Shown piece by piece: positions 38,461 to 52,300 of a stretch of DNA of 64,000 bases. The stretch is from the NCBI GenBank assembly GCA_976226885.1, contig OZ320315.1, positions 50,530,001 to 50,594,000 of the forward strand, given 5' to 3'. Position numbers and translations under genes: made by a program. Each line of letters starts with the position of its first letter. Position 1 is the first letter of the stretch. This stretch comes from Iphione sp. A-MEVVRFRX5. Taxonomy: Eukaryota. Below the pieces are notes generated by a model that had not been told where the DNA came from, ran no database searches, and saw nothing but the letters and a program-made list of their open reading frames with translations.

Positions 38461-39584
38461 TCTCCTAGTGAAACGATATATCCTCCTTGTGAGACTTTCA
38501 ATTAATCACATAGGTTGTGACAGGAAAAGAACTTGTGATTACATCAGTTCTTCCTATTTGCGGTAACTACATCCAGTTTCTAGCTGAAAAACATTGTGTT
38601 GTCATTAAAGCCAGCAGATAAAAGCGTGTACTAATGATAGTCATTCTACGTCGTAGGAGCGCCTCTATTCATATGTTACACATTAATGAACATGATTAGA
38701 TGATAACTGCTTCTGTAAGAGATTCTCCAATTATGTAACGTTTGAAATCGTCCTTAGATAGAGGAACATTGTAAACATTACAGCAGGTTCACATACAAAA
38801 TATCATTTCTGGAGAGCTCACCTGCGTAACTCTCCAGGCATGTCCACTAACGATATCTTAACTGCTCTCTGATTATCCTGTCACGATGAACCATGTGAGC
38901 CTTCTTAATGATATCTAGTGGTGCAGTGCCTCGATAATAATATCCTTTTTTGTTCATATGTGGTTCCCTTTCAGAGTTTATAGCCTTGAGCAGTAATCAA
39001 TGCGTCCACTCGTCCATTCTCACCTGGATATCAATCAAATTTGATCATAAATCTACAGATCAAGTATCCTTCTGTAACCCATAACTCTTTGTGATTTCGG
39101 TGGTGAAAAAGAAGCCAACGTGTCATCATTATTTTAAAAGGTAAAATATTGTATTTCTACATGCATTTTTCAGCAGGAATAAGGCCACTATTTTATGGTC
39201 ACAATAAATAGAATCTAATGAATATACATGTAATTCAGTTTTTCTACTGCAACAACGCAGGAAATGGCAGGGAAGAGACTAACGTCATAGAGTATCTGTA
39301 GCCACATTTTATAATAATCGATCCTTAGCTGGGAGGCTTGGACATTGTTCAAACTCACTTGTCTTTGATTGCTGATGCCACTAAAATTTGATGTAGCAGG
39401 ATGATTATTGATGAGTGAATGAATTGATAGCTCTGCCCACACCAGGATAAATGAAGACAATAAAAACCAGATTTATGCATTATCTAGCTATTGTCAATGT
39501 TTCTTGCTCAGCAATAGGTTGATGATTGATCTGAGCATACATGAACACATCTAGATCACATGGAGCACACCAGTTGAGTTTGAT

Positions 39585-40107
39585 TAACCCTACTGAAGGT
39601 GGATAGGTATGAGGGAGAGGGGTAATTCACAGATTCAGAACCAGTGTGAGACCTCAGAAAACTACAATAACAGCAACAATACCATTAGAAGGTCAGCTAC
39701 TGGTTAGAAGAATTAGTTTCCAATAATTTATTAATTAAAGTGATCATATGTTATATGCCACCTGAAAGGAAAGATCGTGGTTTGAATAACCCTACTACTG
39801 ATAGATAGGTATGAGGGAGAGGGGTAATTCTCAGATTCAGAACCAGTGTGAGACCTCAGAAAAGTACATCTCCCATGCTTTGGTGTTATCAGACAACATT
39901 TTTATAGAGTAACATCAATGGTTGGTTCTCAGAAATCTTCGTGTCTCCCCCGGTTTAGAACCCTCCTGTGATTTACTGAGCCTCTACTGTACCTTAACAG
40001 CAATACTATTAGAAGGTAAGCTACTGGTTAGAAGAACTAGTGTCCACTACTGTATCAATTAAAGTGATCATATCTTAATTACCACCTCAAGGGACGATCG
40101 TGGTTTG
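39585..40107 (+). repeat. Older tandem duplication (about 200-bp unit); the second copy carries about 130 extra bases
   Basis: Copy 1 spans about 39585-39784 and copy 2 about 39787-40107. Shared blocks include gataggtatgagggagaggggtaattc(a/t)cagattcagaaccagtgtgagacctcagaaaa and ttagaaggt(c/a)agctactggttagaagaa...gatcgtggtttg. Segment about 39864-39994 is absent from copy 1. Confidence 0.9.
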
Positions 40108-43100
40108 GAGCTTGACGATGGATTATTCATTGTCCCACTTCTGCTCTCAGTAGCAAGGATATTAATGACAGGCGTGTATCCTGGAGGCACCATGTAATCA
40201 CAATTTGATTCACGGAAACAATTGGTACATGTTCAATATTAGAGAAAAAAACATTATTCAGACAAAAACGCAACGATATGTTGGATTCGGCAAATCTTAT
40301 TACCACAAGAACTGGGTACATAATTCTGAGGTGAAAAAACACTGCGGCTACAAGAACATTTATATGGTTGCGAACCATTATCAGATACCGAGATTGGACC
40401 ATCTTTGAAGCCCACTCGGTGACTGGTTATTACATTCATCGTTAAAATGCGCTAATGAATTCTGTCCTGAGAGTCCCATTGGAGAGTGGTTTTATGACGC
40501 CTCTAAAACGCTATCGGAGGGGGGGGGGTTTAAGGTAAAAGCCCTTAAGCAATATGAAATGGGATAAAAGTGTTCCTTAATGGCGTAAAACATGTCGTTT
40601 CTACTAATTTTATGTCTATCATTATGGGGCGCAAACGTGAATTGAAGCCATTCTTTGTGACACGAGAGATGGTAAAAAAACAGGTACCTGAAGGTGGGTA
40701 GGTGTGGGGCTTAGGTAATGAAGAGGAGAACTTCAGGACCTCCTTTCTCCAATACATCTCCGTCCATTCCTCTCTCCTCTCCTGATTCGTCTCATTTTTA
40801 TTGTACCGTACACTGTCTGTCCTTCGTTGTCTCTGTTCTCCTTATTCTTCATCATCTTGTTCTAGGTTTTATACGTTTAAAAAGGAAACTCGGTGATGCC
40901 CAGAGGATGCAATAATATAATGCAAACTTATAGAACGCTTCACAGGAGGGCGAAATATATACTTCTGCTATCTACACCCATTTAACACAGGACTATGATG
41001 GATCGCAACAAGAAGACAGTATTTTATCGTCTGGATCGTTCAACATGGCCGAGAGTGAATAGTATTCATTGTCTACATATAACTGTCACCATGTTTATAA
41101 TGAGGATTAAAACATTGGACAGTCAGCAGAGGTCACTTTTCCTCTAAATGGTGGCATGCATGAATCATAGAGGAAAAGGTAGACCTCAGTTCTCTAACAC
41201 AGATGCGTTATTTTAGGGAACCGTTGAGTGCATTATCTAAAATTATGTTCTATTTTTTGGATTCATTGGGTAACCAAATAACGCTGTTGAGCTGCTGAAC
41301 TTACTAATATTCGTAAAAGAAATGTAATTATTCTTTCCCGCTATATTCCTTTTCAAGGGGATATACTTGTTTCACACCTCCCTTTGATGCAAGTCATGCC
41401 GTTCCTGCTATGAAAAAGGAGATATGTACACATTGAGTCGATTTTTTAAGGCAACAACTGTTTTTCCTCTTTCCCTCGAAATGGCAAGAAAGAGGAAAAC
41501 TGCTGGTAGATGTGAAAAAGGTTTTTTTCACGCTTTATTAGTCAGAAAAACAACTTTCCATCGGAATAACAAGCATGTTTTATGACGAGTACACAGGTAC
41601 TGAGGGGAAACAAAGCAAATACCTTCCCACAGCTTGGGTAATGATCACATGTGTTCACTACTATAACAAGCAAAGTCTCATTTTGGATTATAGGTAAGAG
41701 ACGTGGAGGTAGCAGAGTGCATCCCTCAATGAATTGTATTGAACTATACATTTTTGTGAAAGGTGCTCTCCAGGTTTTATGTATCATTACAATAAAAGTG
41801 ATGGATAAATTGCGAGTTTCGTGTAGTAGTTAAATGATAAAGGCTACTGGAAAGAAATTGTAAGCAGTCTGTACTTGGTTCCTTTGGAGATATGCCATAT
41901 CATATTATTATCATGTCGCATGAGATAGTCGTTATAATAACATTGTATAGCAATTAGCAAAACATATATGGTGTGAGATACATCAACTCAAGCTCATTGT
42001 TTACATTGTCAGTGCATTTTTCTGTGTACAAGTGTCTTCATCTGTTTCATTTGTTGTCTACATAGGTTGGGTTGAAGTGTATGGTGCGATATTTGTTAGT
42101 TCTACATTATTCGGATTTCATGGCTCCCGTATGATATTCAATTTATCCAGCATCTTTATTCTCTCCAGCTCTCTTTCTTATTCGCCTTGGCTAACTGATA
42201 ACTTTATGTCAGCATTGTCACTAAAATGTTCAAATAAGAAAATATTAGTATTCTTCATTTGAACACGAAGAGTGAAAACTTTAAGTTACATCAAAAGTTA
42301 GCTATGTACATCATTTTATAGCATTTTGTATGTTTTCTCGTTGCTGTAAATAATACAATATATACGTTTGTATCCTCCACTAATGCTACATGATTTCACA
42401 AGGGCACTTCACCTATTTACGTTTTAGGAATATTGTCGAGGAAAAATCATGAAGACATCAATAAAAATACCGATTTGACAACCAACATAGAACATGATAT
42501 ATTTGATCGATTATCTAAAGGAGCAATGGCTATGTTTCTGTTAGTGGGAGGATTATCATTTTGCCTCAACGGAAGAACAAACTCTTGATCTTTTGTATAA
42601 AATGGATATATTCGATATGAACACTAGTTTCAGTTAAACTAAGTACATGTATAAAGGTTTCCTATTAGGAGGCAAGGAAACAATTCCATAATCAAAATGC
42701 TCCTAAACACGTTCACGAAACATATAACTCCACTATATAAACTGTTTGAATTGGCAGCCAGTTGTTGGGCGTAAATGGAGCTGAAGCATTGACCAACTGC
42801 CTTCAAGTTCCCAGTTCCTATTGGCTAATATCTATAGCCATAACGTGTGCGTCAAATCTGATTACTTGGGTGTCATGCGCTACCTGCATGGAGTAAGGTG
42901 ATTGGATTTTCAATAGAGCATTCTAGTCTATATATTGCTATTGGGCATATGCACTCTTTGTATTTACATTAGAATAAACCAGCCCTGAGACTGTACTTTG
43001 TGGTGGAAGTCTTTTATTCACTGACTCTCAAAAGACCCTCAGAAGACATACTATGTCGCAAGTTCTTCTCCAAAAGCCTTCAGAGGTAACCTTATGTTCA

Positions 43101-43329
43101 AATATCATCCACTAAAGACCAACGTGTATACAAAAAAGGGATTACTTACACCACATACAAATGTGCAGGGCGGGCGTCGGCGTATCCTTTAAGTCCTATA
43201 CCCTTGAAGGTCAATTGAGTGCACACAGCACTGCACTTTCCAACCAACCCTTATACAAAGCAGGCCAAAGCACCTGGCCTAATGCAAAGGTTCATTGTGC
43301 GAGCATCTGGATGTCCGCCACGGTTGAAT

Positions 43330-45100
43330 AGAGGATAGTCAATTATGGTACTGATGGACAAAGATGGACATAGGCTTCACCCAAAAGTGCTAGCCCTCCG
43401 CGGTGAGAGAAAGGCCGAGGCAGCCATCTCTTTAAATGAGGAAAGGAAACCTTTACTTTTTGTCCGGACGTTCTCGTGAGGGAAATCGCTAATGGATGGG
43501 AGAAAGCGAGCCAGGTGGTGCGAAGCGCCTTGCCTACAGAAGGTTGCTTCTAGAGAATTGCCACATGTATAAAATAAAAGGAAGCAGAAATCACAAGGTA
43601 CCAGGCCGAAGGTATTTCCACAAAGCCATGTGGCTTCCGTATGCATCGCAACGATTTGCGCCGTCATACATATGCGTGCCGGTCCATTGTGCTGCTGCTC
43701 GTCAATGGGGCTCACTGGACGCGCGCGAGGACCAGAATATCGACGGGTCTTTACACCTGGAGATTAAGCAAATTGCGAGCGGCTCGATGAGCAAATGGAG
43801 AAATGCTCGGTCTCGGCAGAAGTACAATGGCGGGCTAATAAATCGGGCTCACCCGGCATACCGAGGGCGGCGCCGGGTGGTTGGGTGGAGGCCAGGGCGG
43901 TCGGGTGGATTGGCGGGTAGGCAGAATAGAGGTAGCGGGCGTAGCCTGTTTGTTCTCACTTCCCGTGATCAATGTTATTGAGGTCTGATTATCATGGACT
44001 GTACAGTCCCTGGAGGACACGTCCGCGTCCTCGCCGCTCGGGGCGGACGCCGAGGAAATTACGCCCAGGCGGCATATGTAGCGTACAGTGTGCACACAAT
44101 CGGATATATATGACTTGGTTTGACCTTTTACGGACCCGGTTCGTCAGTCTCCCTCCAGTGCACGCAATGTATCTCTGTTCATTCTACACACATGGTTCCT
44201 CTGTGGTCTTGCAGTGCCTGGGTCGGGGTGCGTAGACTACACTATCGATGATACAAGAAAAGAAGATATATTGTGGTAGTGTAAATGGTGCGTTGTGATT
44301 GTCTTGTTACCTTCATGTGGGTTAAGAACAAAACCGGTCTGGCTGTCATTTCTTAAGACGAACATGATTCCTGACGTAGACGTATTAACCACGGAGGAGG
44401 GGAGGAGGGACTGTTTTAAATCATGTTTTCCTAGACCTTGGAACGCCTCTGGAAGGGTGACCTCGCCACAGCTGTATTAGAAAAGTCAAAGCACGCGTTC
44501 GACTTTTGCCGATAAGAAAGCGTCGAGGTTGATTGAAAGCCGCGATAACAAATCACGCCACAAATCAGCCGTCGTTAGAGCGCCATGATTTTCTCGTTAG
44601 GAATAATCAAACACAATGGGACAAGATTGTAACTGTTGCTGCAAGGGCGGTGCCGCCCCTCTTCGACGCTCTCCCGTAATCTGGGCTCCATCGAATGCCC
44701 TTCCATTTTAATGACCCACAAATCGGGAGCCACCCATTCCGCCCACGTCGTGTGGCTTCGCCAACCGCCCCGGGGGCTTGATCACACACAATGACAAATT
44801 TCCACACGTCAGTCTGAGGATGAACCCGGGGTGGGATGGTAATTACAGGGACCCGGTGGAATTAAGAGAAGTCTTCAATGCGGTGCGACTAGTTACAAAA
44901 GTGGTCAGCCGGCGCCAACCGCCGCCGAGCCGCCGTGATAAGTCCTGGCGGGCGGTGCGTGAGCGACTCAGCGTCAGACTTTATCACTGCTCAAGCTAGC
45001 TAGACGTGGCTTCCATCCTAATGACGGGCAGGGCTCCGCCGCTGCCTGCCGCAACCTAGAGAGACACTTTGGATGGAAGTATCGTCAACAGACGGCCGGG
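43330..45100. promoter_or_regulatory. Cluster of CpG-rich non-coding islands
   Basis: GC/CpG-rich blocks at about 43330-44240 and 44600-45100 with GC boxes and TAAT motifs; TATAAAA at 43568-43574 of uncertain significance. Confidence 0.4.
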
Positions 45101-45520
45101 ACTTCTTCCAGAGGAAAACTCTCGAGGACGCAAGGGCTGAAGAAGATCGCACTATCGCAATCACTGCCTTAGAAGAGGGAAATCTTGGCAAAGTAACACA
45201 AATGCCTGTAATGACGACTATTTTTCCGAGGGTCTACGTACAGCTACTAGAAAAACAAACTGGTACCAAATTGACTGGTCCGCTGGAAGCACAAGTATGC
45301 AACAATTACTTAGATAAGGTCCTTTATACACAGTAAGTTGAAATGCAGACTGACATCTCTGTGATTATATTTGACTAATTGTTCATTACGCACATTTATA
45401 GCGAGAACTAAAGGAACATTAACACTTGAGTGAAAGGAATGCAACCTTCGCCATTGTCCTGGTGTGACCATTGCCGCTACCCTAATGGTCAACGGCAGAC
45501 TTCCTCTGGTCACAGTAGGC

Positions 45521-45537
45521 AGGTCAAATAGAGTTCA
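45521..45537 (+). promoter_or_regulatory. Perfect DR5 nuclear-receptor element (RARE-type): AGGTCA aatag AGTTCA
   Basis: Exact match to RGKTCA-N5-RGKTCA, about 0.4 kb downstream of the 43.3-45.1 kb CpG-rich block. Function untested. Confidence 0.5.
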
Positions 45538-46619
45538 TACCTTGATCTAGCACGCTACTCCGAAAATTGGCAATGCTTGGCAATCCACTGCTGATGTCCT
45601 TAGGGCGGCAAAGCAACAGTGTATTGATTAATGCCTTGCGCCGCGAGGGAAAATGCAATATGGTATTTAATTCAACAGTCTCTCTCCCTACATATCGTGT
45701 CAAATATGGATTTAGATTATGCAACTCTTAATCCAATGGTATAACCTAAACATGATATCCGAGTACCGAACCTCTGGTACCACTGGATGAGAAAAGGCAT
45801 TTTGTTCGACCTCGTATACGTACACTATTCTTTTACGACTGAATTATCGTGCAGGAAGCCAGTAACTTAGAATTGATCTTGAAATGAAAAAAAATCTATT
45901 CACGCAGTGATGTTAAGCTTACATTTTAAAAATTTATCACATCTCCAAATAATGGTTTAAGATAAGTTGAGGTTGCATAGTCTTCAAGGTCATAATTATT
46001 TTTGATTGTAAATATTGAATATTTGTCCGTCATAGACGAAATTGATTATAGAATTATAATATGCGAATCTGACAACCGTGTTTCAGATTCAAATTAAAAA
46101 TCATTGACTATCATGTACAGAGCAAAACTATACTACACAGTGCTACAGTATATAGTAACTTGATAATTCGGTTTACCCGAACCGCCACTCTTGGCTCTGA
46201 ATGTACATACATTATTGTATGTATATATGTTAGTATCTCTATATTCAATTAAAAGAAATATATACACGCTTACACGGTTCCATCCCCTCATATTGACTTT
46301 TTTTTACCAAATATGGTAAAAGATCAGGTCATATCAAAGTGAATCTTGAGAAAATGTGAGGGAGTATATTATCATGAAATATCCTTCCTACAGGTTTGAT
46401 TTATTTCATCACCATAGAAATACTCATGAATAATCCTTTGCCAAAGGAGGCCCTTTTTAATGAAATATATTGAAAGTTGCAGTGCTTGGTATGTGGCTGT
46501 ACTCCTGGAAGTTACGGATACAGGCTTAGTCTGAGGACTTAGTTTTTGTCAACAATGAAACATTTGGCGAGCCTGAGCTCACCCAAAGTCCAACTCCGTT
46601 AGGTGACTACAACCAACTA

Positions 46620-47230
46620 CAATTGCCAACTCTTGACTACTAGTGGACCTCATTGTCCCTGTTTCCCTGGGCGGCCACCCCTGGGAGCGTCGCATCCGGC
46701 GATGTGTGAGCCTGCTATGACGTCACCAGGGTGGCGGGCAACATGGTTGACTGTTGACATCGCCATCGAGACCGTCACGCGGAGCCGGCCGGCGAGCGCT
46801 GACAGAAAGTGCTTTTCCATATTCATGCCAGGCATGTTGTCGGATAATGCGAGGCCATTGGCGGGGGTGTTTGCCTACCAGGCCTCCACACAGACAGGTT
46901 TGTTGGTTCTACCTGGACCGAGCGCGACCCGCCCATCGTCACATAGTGGACGGCGATTAATCTATTGCTAGGATGGTGCAGCTGTCTTCTGTCTGCGCAC
47001 ATCTAACGTCGGCTGAAAACATCCACTGTGTGTCGACGGCTATTAGACTTAGCAAATATTGTATCGCGAGTCAGAGAAATCTGCAGATCGGATTCACGAT
47101 CGAGATCGGGCATAAGGCACACGACAAGATGGGAAAGATTATCCCCACCATAGAGCGCCCCCTATCAGCGGGGAAAACACAAAGGACGGGGGAGGGAATT
47201 ATGTTCACGTGTGCCCCGAACTGGAGACGT
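46620..47230. promoter_or_regulatory. CpG-rich non-coding island
   Basis: GC/CpG-rich against AT-rich flanks; no protein-like ORF. Confidence 0.35.
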
Positions 47231-48179
47231 TTACTTTTGATAACAAAAAAGCTTCAATTAAGTGTACCTGCTGTTGAGCAGATGATAAGAAACAGACAGT
47301 TTTTGTTCCTTTCACAAACTAAAAAGATAACAATATCCAGGTGCTCCTATTTACCAAACCACACATAGTTCAGGTGATTTAAAGAATACTATAAATAAAT
47401 GAATCGAAGTTTTTTTTCTTAACTATTTCATGAATACGTTTGCATTAACATCTCTCAACAGATCCGTTAAATCAGTTCTAACATTATTTGACTGGTGAAA
47501 TACTAAGTTTTTTATATCAAGTGCCTGTCCCCTCATCTATCATTGGAGAATCAATTACCTTGTATCTCCTGTGTTACGTCGGAAATCAGCAACCAAATAA
47601 AGTAACGACATTGACTTTTTCCTGGAAATCTTTGCAACAATATTGGCGGTTGATGAAAGTTTCATGTGAAGCAATATTTTAAAGGACACGCTGACATTTG
47701 ATATCATTCGCCCTCAGAATACTATTTGAACCACTTTGCACATGTATTTTAAAATATTCTGCGTGCATTTCGAAATCCAATCGTCTTTATTGGTTTCTGA
47801 AAGTAAGACGTTTTATACTAGATTTTCTCTTGGGCAACTTGGTCTCATACGGACACATAGTTATGCACCTAAATAGATATACATGCATAAAGTTTTTGAA
47901 AAGGATTGTAGGTTGTCTCAATAAGCTTATCAGTAAAGTCAGTTAAGATGATGTAACGGATCGCTGATAGCCATGGTCAATTCTGTCAAGGGTTAACGCT
48001 TAAATTCAGAGGCAAGTAGCCGCCCCAAGGCGTAAGTGCCTGCAACAAGATATAATTTGATTGATACTGTCCATTTCCTTTTTTGAAACCAGATATCTTT
48101 AATACACATGGATACCTGGGTCTTTCTCCATGACTGAGTGATCCTTACTGATTGAGATTAAAACTCAAGCGGGAATCAG

Positions 48180-49310
48180 AAGATACATGGTCACGAGCCA
48201 CACAACTTTGCAATCTGGCGGAATCGTGATATTTCCTCGTTAAATATGTAAGTCAGGGGCAGCGGAAGTCGCATCGCCAGGTCGTGTGCAGGCCCCGTTT
48301 GTCAGGGTAGGTCAGGTGACGGGCGGCCCGCCTCCTGGCCGCATCCTTGATTAGCTCCAATCAAGAACTGTCCCGTAGAAGAGCCGATCCGATCAGCTCG
48401 GAGCCGCCCTGGTTCCCCACCAGGGAGGGCGCCTATGAAGTGCACGACAGCGGGGCCCTTCGGCTCGAGACTCGACTTGATTTCGGCTGCGGTGAACCGT
48501 ACACGATAGCCGACCGGCTTTCATTGGCAAGTCAACGCACATATTGCTGGTCTGACCCTCATTTTATTTGGCGGTAAGCTATGACAAAACGGGCCTTCCT
48601 GGTCCATCTCCCATGGATTCATGTTTTGCCTTTGCGCTCGGACCAACCACCGGGCTACCTCGTGATGCTGTATGTTGCTGTGTTTCTATAATGGTTCCTG
48701 TCTCTGATGGTCCTTGCTATGGCAACACGTCGGGAATGTGCCCCCCCTCCCCCAAACACACCCATCCACTCACCCACCAAACGCACCCCCACCCCCCACC
48801 CCCACACACACTCATGGAGTAAACCTGAACACCCCAACCCCTGAGATCAGTAGACACCAGAGACGCAGAAAGCAACCATCGACGGCGAACGGAAGTTCAC
48901 AGTCGACCGAGCGCGCGCCGCATGTCCTGCTCGGCGGGCGTCTCCCGGAGAGGCGCCCACTCCGGCGTCGCGTCTCTCAGCGGCACGTCGACCGGGCCAG
49001 CCCTAATTGTCCATTAAGACGGCCAAACAACGACATAAATTCTCAGCAACGGTCGCCGGCGCGATTGAGGTGGGACACGGGCAGGTAAATCTGGATCAGA
49101 GTCGAAGTTTATTGTGCTTTATTGGCGATGTTAAGAGGCGACTGGTCGGCCTCTTGGCTGGCTGCGCCGCTTTGATGTCGGCGCTAATTGCGCGCCGAAT
49201 GTGGCTTCGCTTTGTTCAATCCGCGAAGGGCCGTATCAAGAGTTGCGATACCATGGAAACCGTGCCACTCTGGCACATCTGACTTATGGCTCGGATGTAT
49301 AGCGATCTCC
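48180..49310. promoter_or_regulatory. CpG-rich non-coding island with homeodomain motifs and a C-rich tract
   Basis: High CpG; CTAATTG twice (about 49002 and 49185), TTTATT/CATAAA motifs, and C-tracts at 48741-48803. Confidence 0.4.
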
Positions 49311-52300
49311 ACGCCCCAAAAGCTCATCTTGTAAAACCTGTTGGACTACCTCTGCCAGTAATTACCGAATAAACACTGGGCGTAAATGATTCTTACTCAC
49401 TTGATGAAAGTTTTGCCAATTCTCTCTCTAAGGTAGCCTAGCACTCATGTAATTGAAAGTGATCCCTTGACTTTGCTTTGCTCGCTCCTTTTTCGTTTTG
49501 CCTCCCTGCAAACAAGTGCCTTTCTCCGCCTGGAAAGAGCCAGGATTTTTTAAATAAATGATATTGCTTCATTGGATGGTCCTGGGTGAGAACCACCAAA
49601 CTTTCCGTGTCGTTTATATACACTAGTGAAACATAAACTGAAATGTATAGGTGGATACGTTGGTGTGAATATGTATACGTGTAAGGAACTTCTGTAGGAA
49701 ATCTTTATTTCGGCCATCGTAGCTCCTTTCCACGTTTTAGCAACCTTTCAGTTCTTGAAATTGTGATTATATAAAACTTTCATTCTTGTGCAAGATTAAG
49801 AAAGGAACTGAATTACATTTCTAACTTAAACTTTTATCCGGTGATAATTCATTTCCATCCAATTTTGCAGTGCCCGTTACTTTTATCACAGAGCACGATT
49901 TCTAATTTGGGGAAAGGTAAAATATAAGGAATATTTCTTACTAACTCCGCGTAAAGTCTTTGTCAGTCATTTAAACTAGTTGATCAGAATGAATCCTGTT
50001 CAGCTCTCAGAATTTTGTCGAGGGTTGATAATGCAACTCGCATAATGGGGAACTGGTTAAGCAGGAAGTCTTTATTTTGAAATAACCTTCAGTCAAATGA
50101 TTAAGTTTGCGGTCGTGAAGCGGTGTCATGTCAGGCCTGCAAGGTTGAAAGATGATTGGTGGGTGATAGGTGATGATTCTCCCTGTAATGATCACGCCGT
50201 CTTACCTCGGGGTGCGCACCCTGGCGGGCGGGCAGGGCGAGCAGCTCTGATTTAATGACCGTTACACCACAAAAGCTGCTCTTCACACTGATAAGGCTAA
50301 TCCTCTGATTGAGCTATTTAACAGTGACGGTTTTCAACTTAGATGGCGTCTGGGTCAGTCTTGCTCGTTCATCGCTAGACTTTAGGTACGAATTAATGGC
50401 TTGCTAAGGAGTTTTGACATACCTGTTAACTACTCAGTTTGTCAAACTCATGGACTTCACTAAAGTCGACATGTAGCATAGCTCACCATAGGAAAAGGTT
50501 AATTCTTGTTTACGTGCGCTCCCTATAGAGCAAGCAGGGAGTAATAATCTCTTAATGAGTCCTTGTGATATTGATTGATGTAAGCCCCAAGGATGACTAT
50601 GCTATAAAATAACTTCAAAGTGCCTTTTGTGTCTCGACAATAAAGCAAAGCAGAGACAAATTAATGTCCATCTTGCGCCTAAGTAAAGGCTGTTAGCATG
50701 ACAATCGGACATTGTTTGACTAATTTATCAGGCAGCATTAAGGTTTCTCTGCATGGGATAAGATCATGAATCCATCTTTCCAATATTACAAGCATGTGCA
50801 CGCGACCTCAAGGAGAGTATAAGGCTTTTCATAAGTGGCTTCAGCTCGGCGCGCAAATGTGCAACGTGTTTTAGCCTGTCCATAAAAAAAGGCAATAAAT
50901 CTCGAACAATAGCCCATGTAATCACGAGAAAACAATAAAACCCACTTCCATCCTTATTTTGTAATGACGGAGTGACTTACGAGAGAGGAGAACGATGTAC
51001 GAAAAAAGTCTTGCCTGTCCCTTACATTAACCCTGTGATGACTGTCAACACGCTGGGCTACACTAGCTCGCACTAATCACTTGCACCAGAACAAGATCCC
51101 CATGTTAGTCTTGGCGGAACACACTCGAGAACACAGTTCTATTCTAGTGTGTGAGAGAAAATCGTTATATTTTTCTCCTATCTATTGTATGACCCCATGC
51201 CTGTGACGTGCTATTACCACCTAGTGAATCGTATTCGTTCTAGTAAATCAGAGCAAGTTTTTTGATTCATACTGTGTCCATTAAATGTGTAAGTCATCTT
51301 TGTGTCTTATGTAAGTAAGTAAAACTTCATTGCTTCAAATGCCCACCAGGGGTTATAGCATGTGATCGAGAGGGATAGGCAAGGAAATAAAGTTCTCATA
51401 CGTGATGAATATGGAAGCGTTAATTTAACATGGGAATTTGAATACTAAAGTGAAAAGTGGTCAAAATCAAGCATTACAGGAGAAATAGTGAGACAAGCTA
51501 CAGGGAAAACTATAATACTCCCGTAGTATTGATATTTACTGACGTTGTGTGATATCACATAATCTACCTCTGTGATGTGTTAGATACTGATGTAAGTGCA
51601 CACTCTACGTCTCCGATGGAATATGTCTTAATATAAATGAGAGAGGGAGACACGGAATTGCACAGACTTATGTGCGTTATATTTCCAATCAATGATAATG
51701 TTTCTAGACACAAAAAAAACTGGATGCCTTCAAACTTGACCAAACAGCTGTCTACATTGTCGAAAACGTGGAGGATGAAATAAGACGCCAAGTCATGAAG
51801 GAAGTCATGAAGTCATGAACCGGCTCAAAGATTCCGTTGGCTTTAGGAAAATAAAGATCCGAAATACAATTGTCATCATTAATATGAGATTCCTTTCACT
51901 GTAAAATTAAGGAACGATTAAATGATAACGCCTTTGAAAAGGACGTTTGTTCCCCAAGCATAGTTTTATGCTTGCTAGTTAACTATCAAATAAAGTTGGG
52001 CAGAAATTTCAACTAACTGTTCTTAAAGCATGGTCGCCTCTTTGTCAAGTCATTGTTCGGTTTGTCTTGTATTCCAAATGAAAATTCTGACAGCTGTGGA
52101 AAATCGTGTACACGTATTGCACTTTTCTAAGCCAGTCGCCTATAACTGCACGCGACTTGATAAGCAGACATGGTAAAGAAGGCATACAACTACAGAATAT
52201 TTTCATAAAGCATTTTACTTTTGATCATATCACATCCAGCACGGTTTAAATGGTTGCCTGTCGTTATTATCGAGCATGTAAATATCTCTTGATATCTCTC

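Noticed and set aside
45073-45336. 87-aa ORF with natural-looking composition
   Set aside because: No domain or motif recognised, weak splice context; the length is within chance for a 64-kb six-frame scan.
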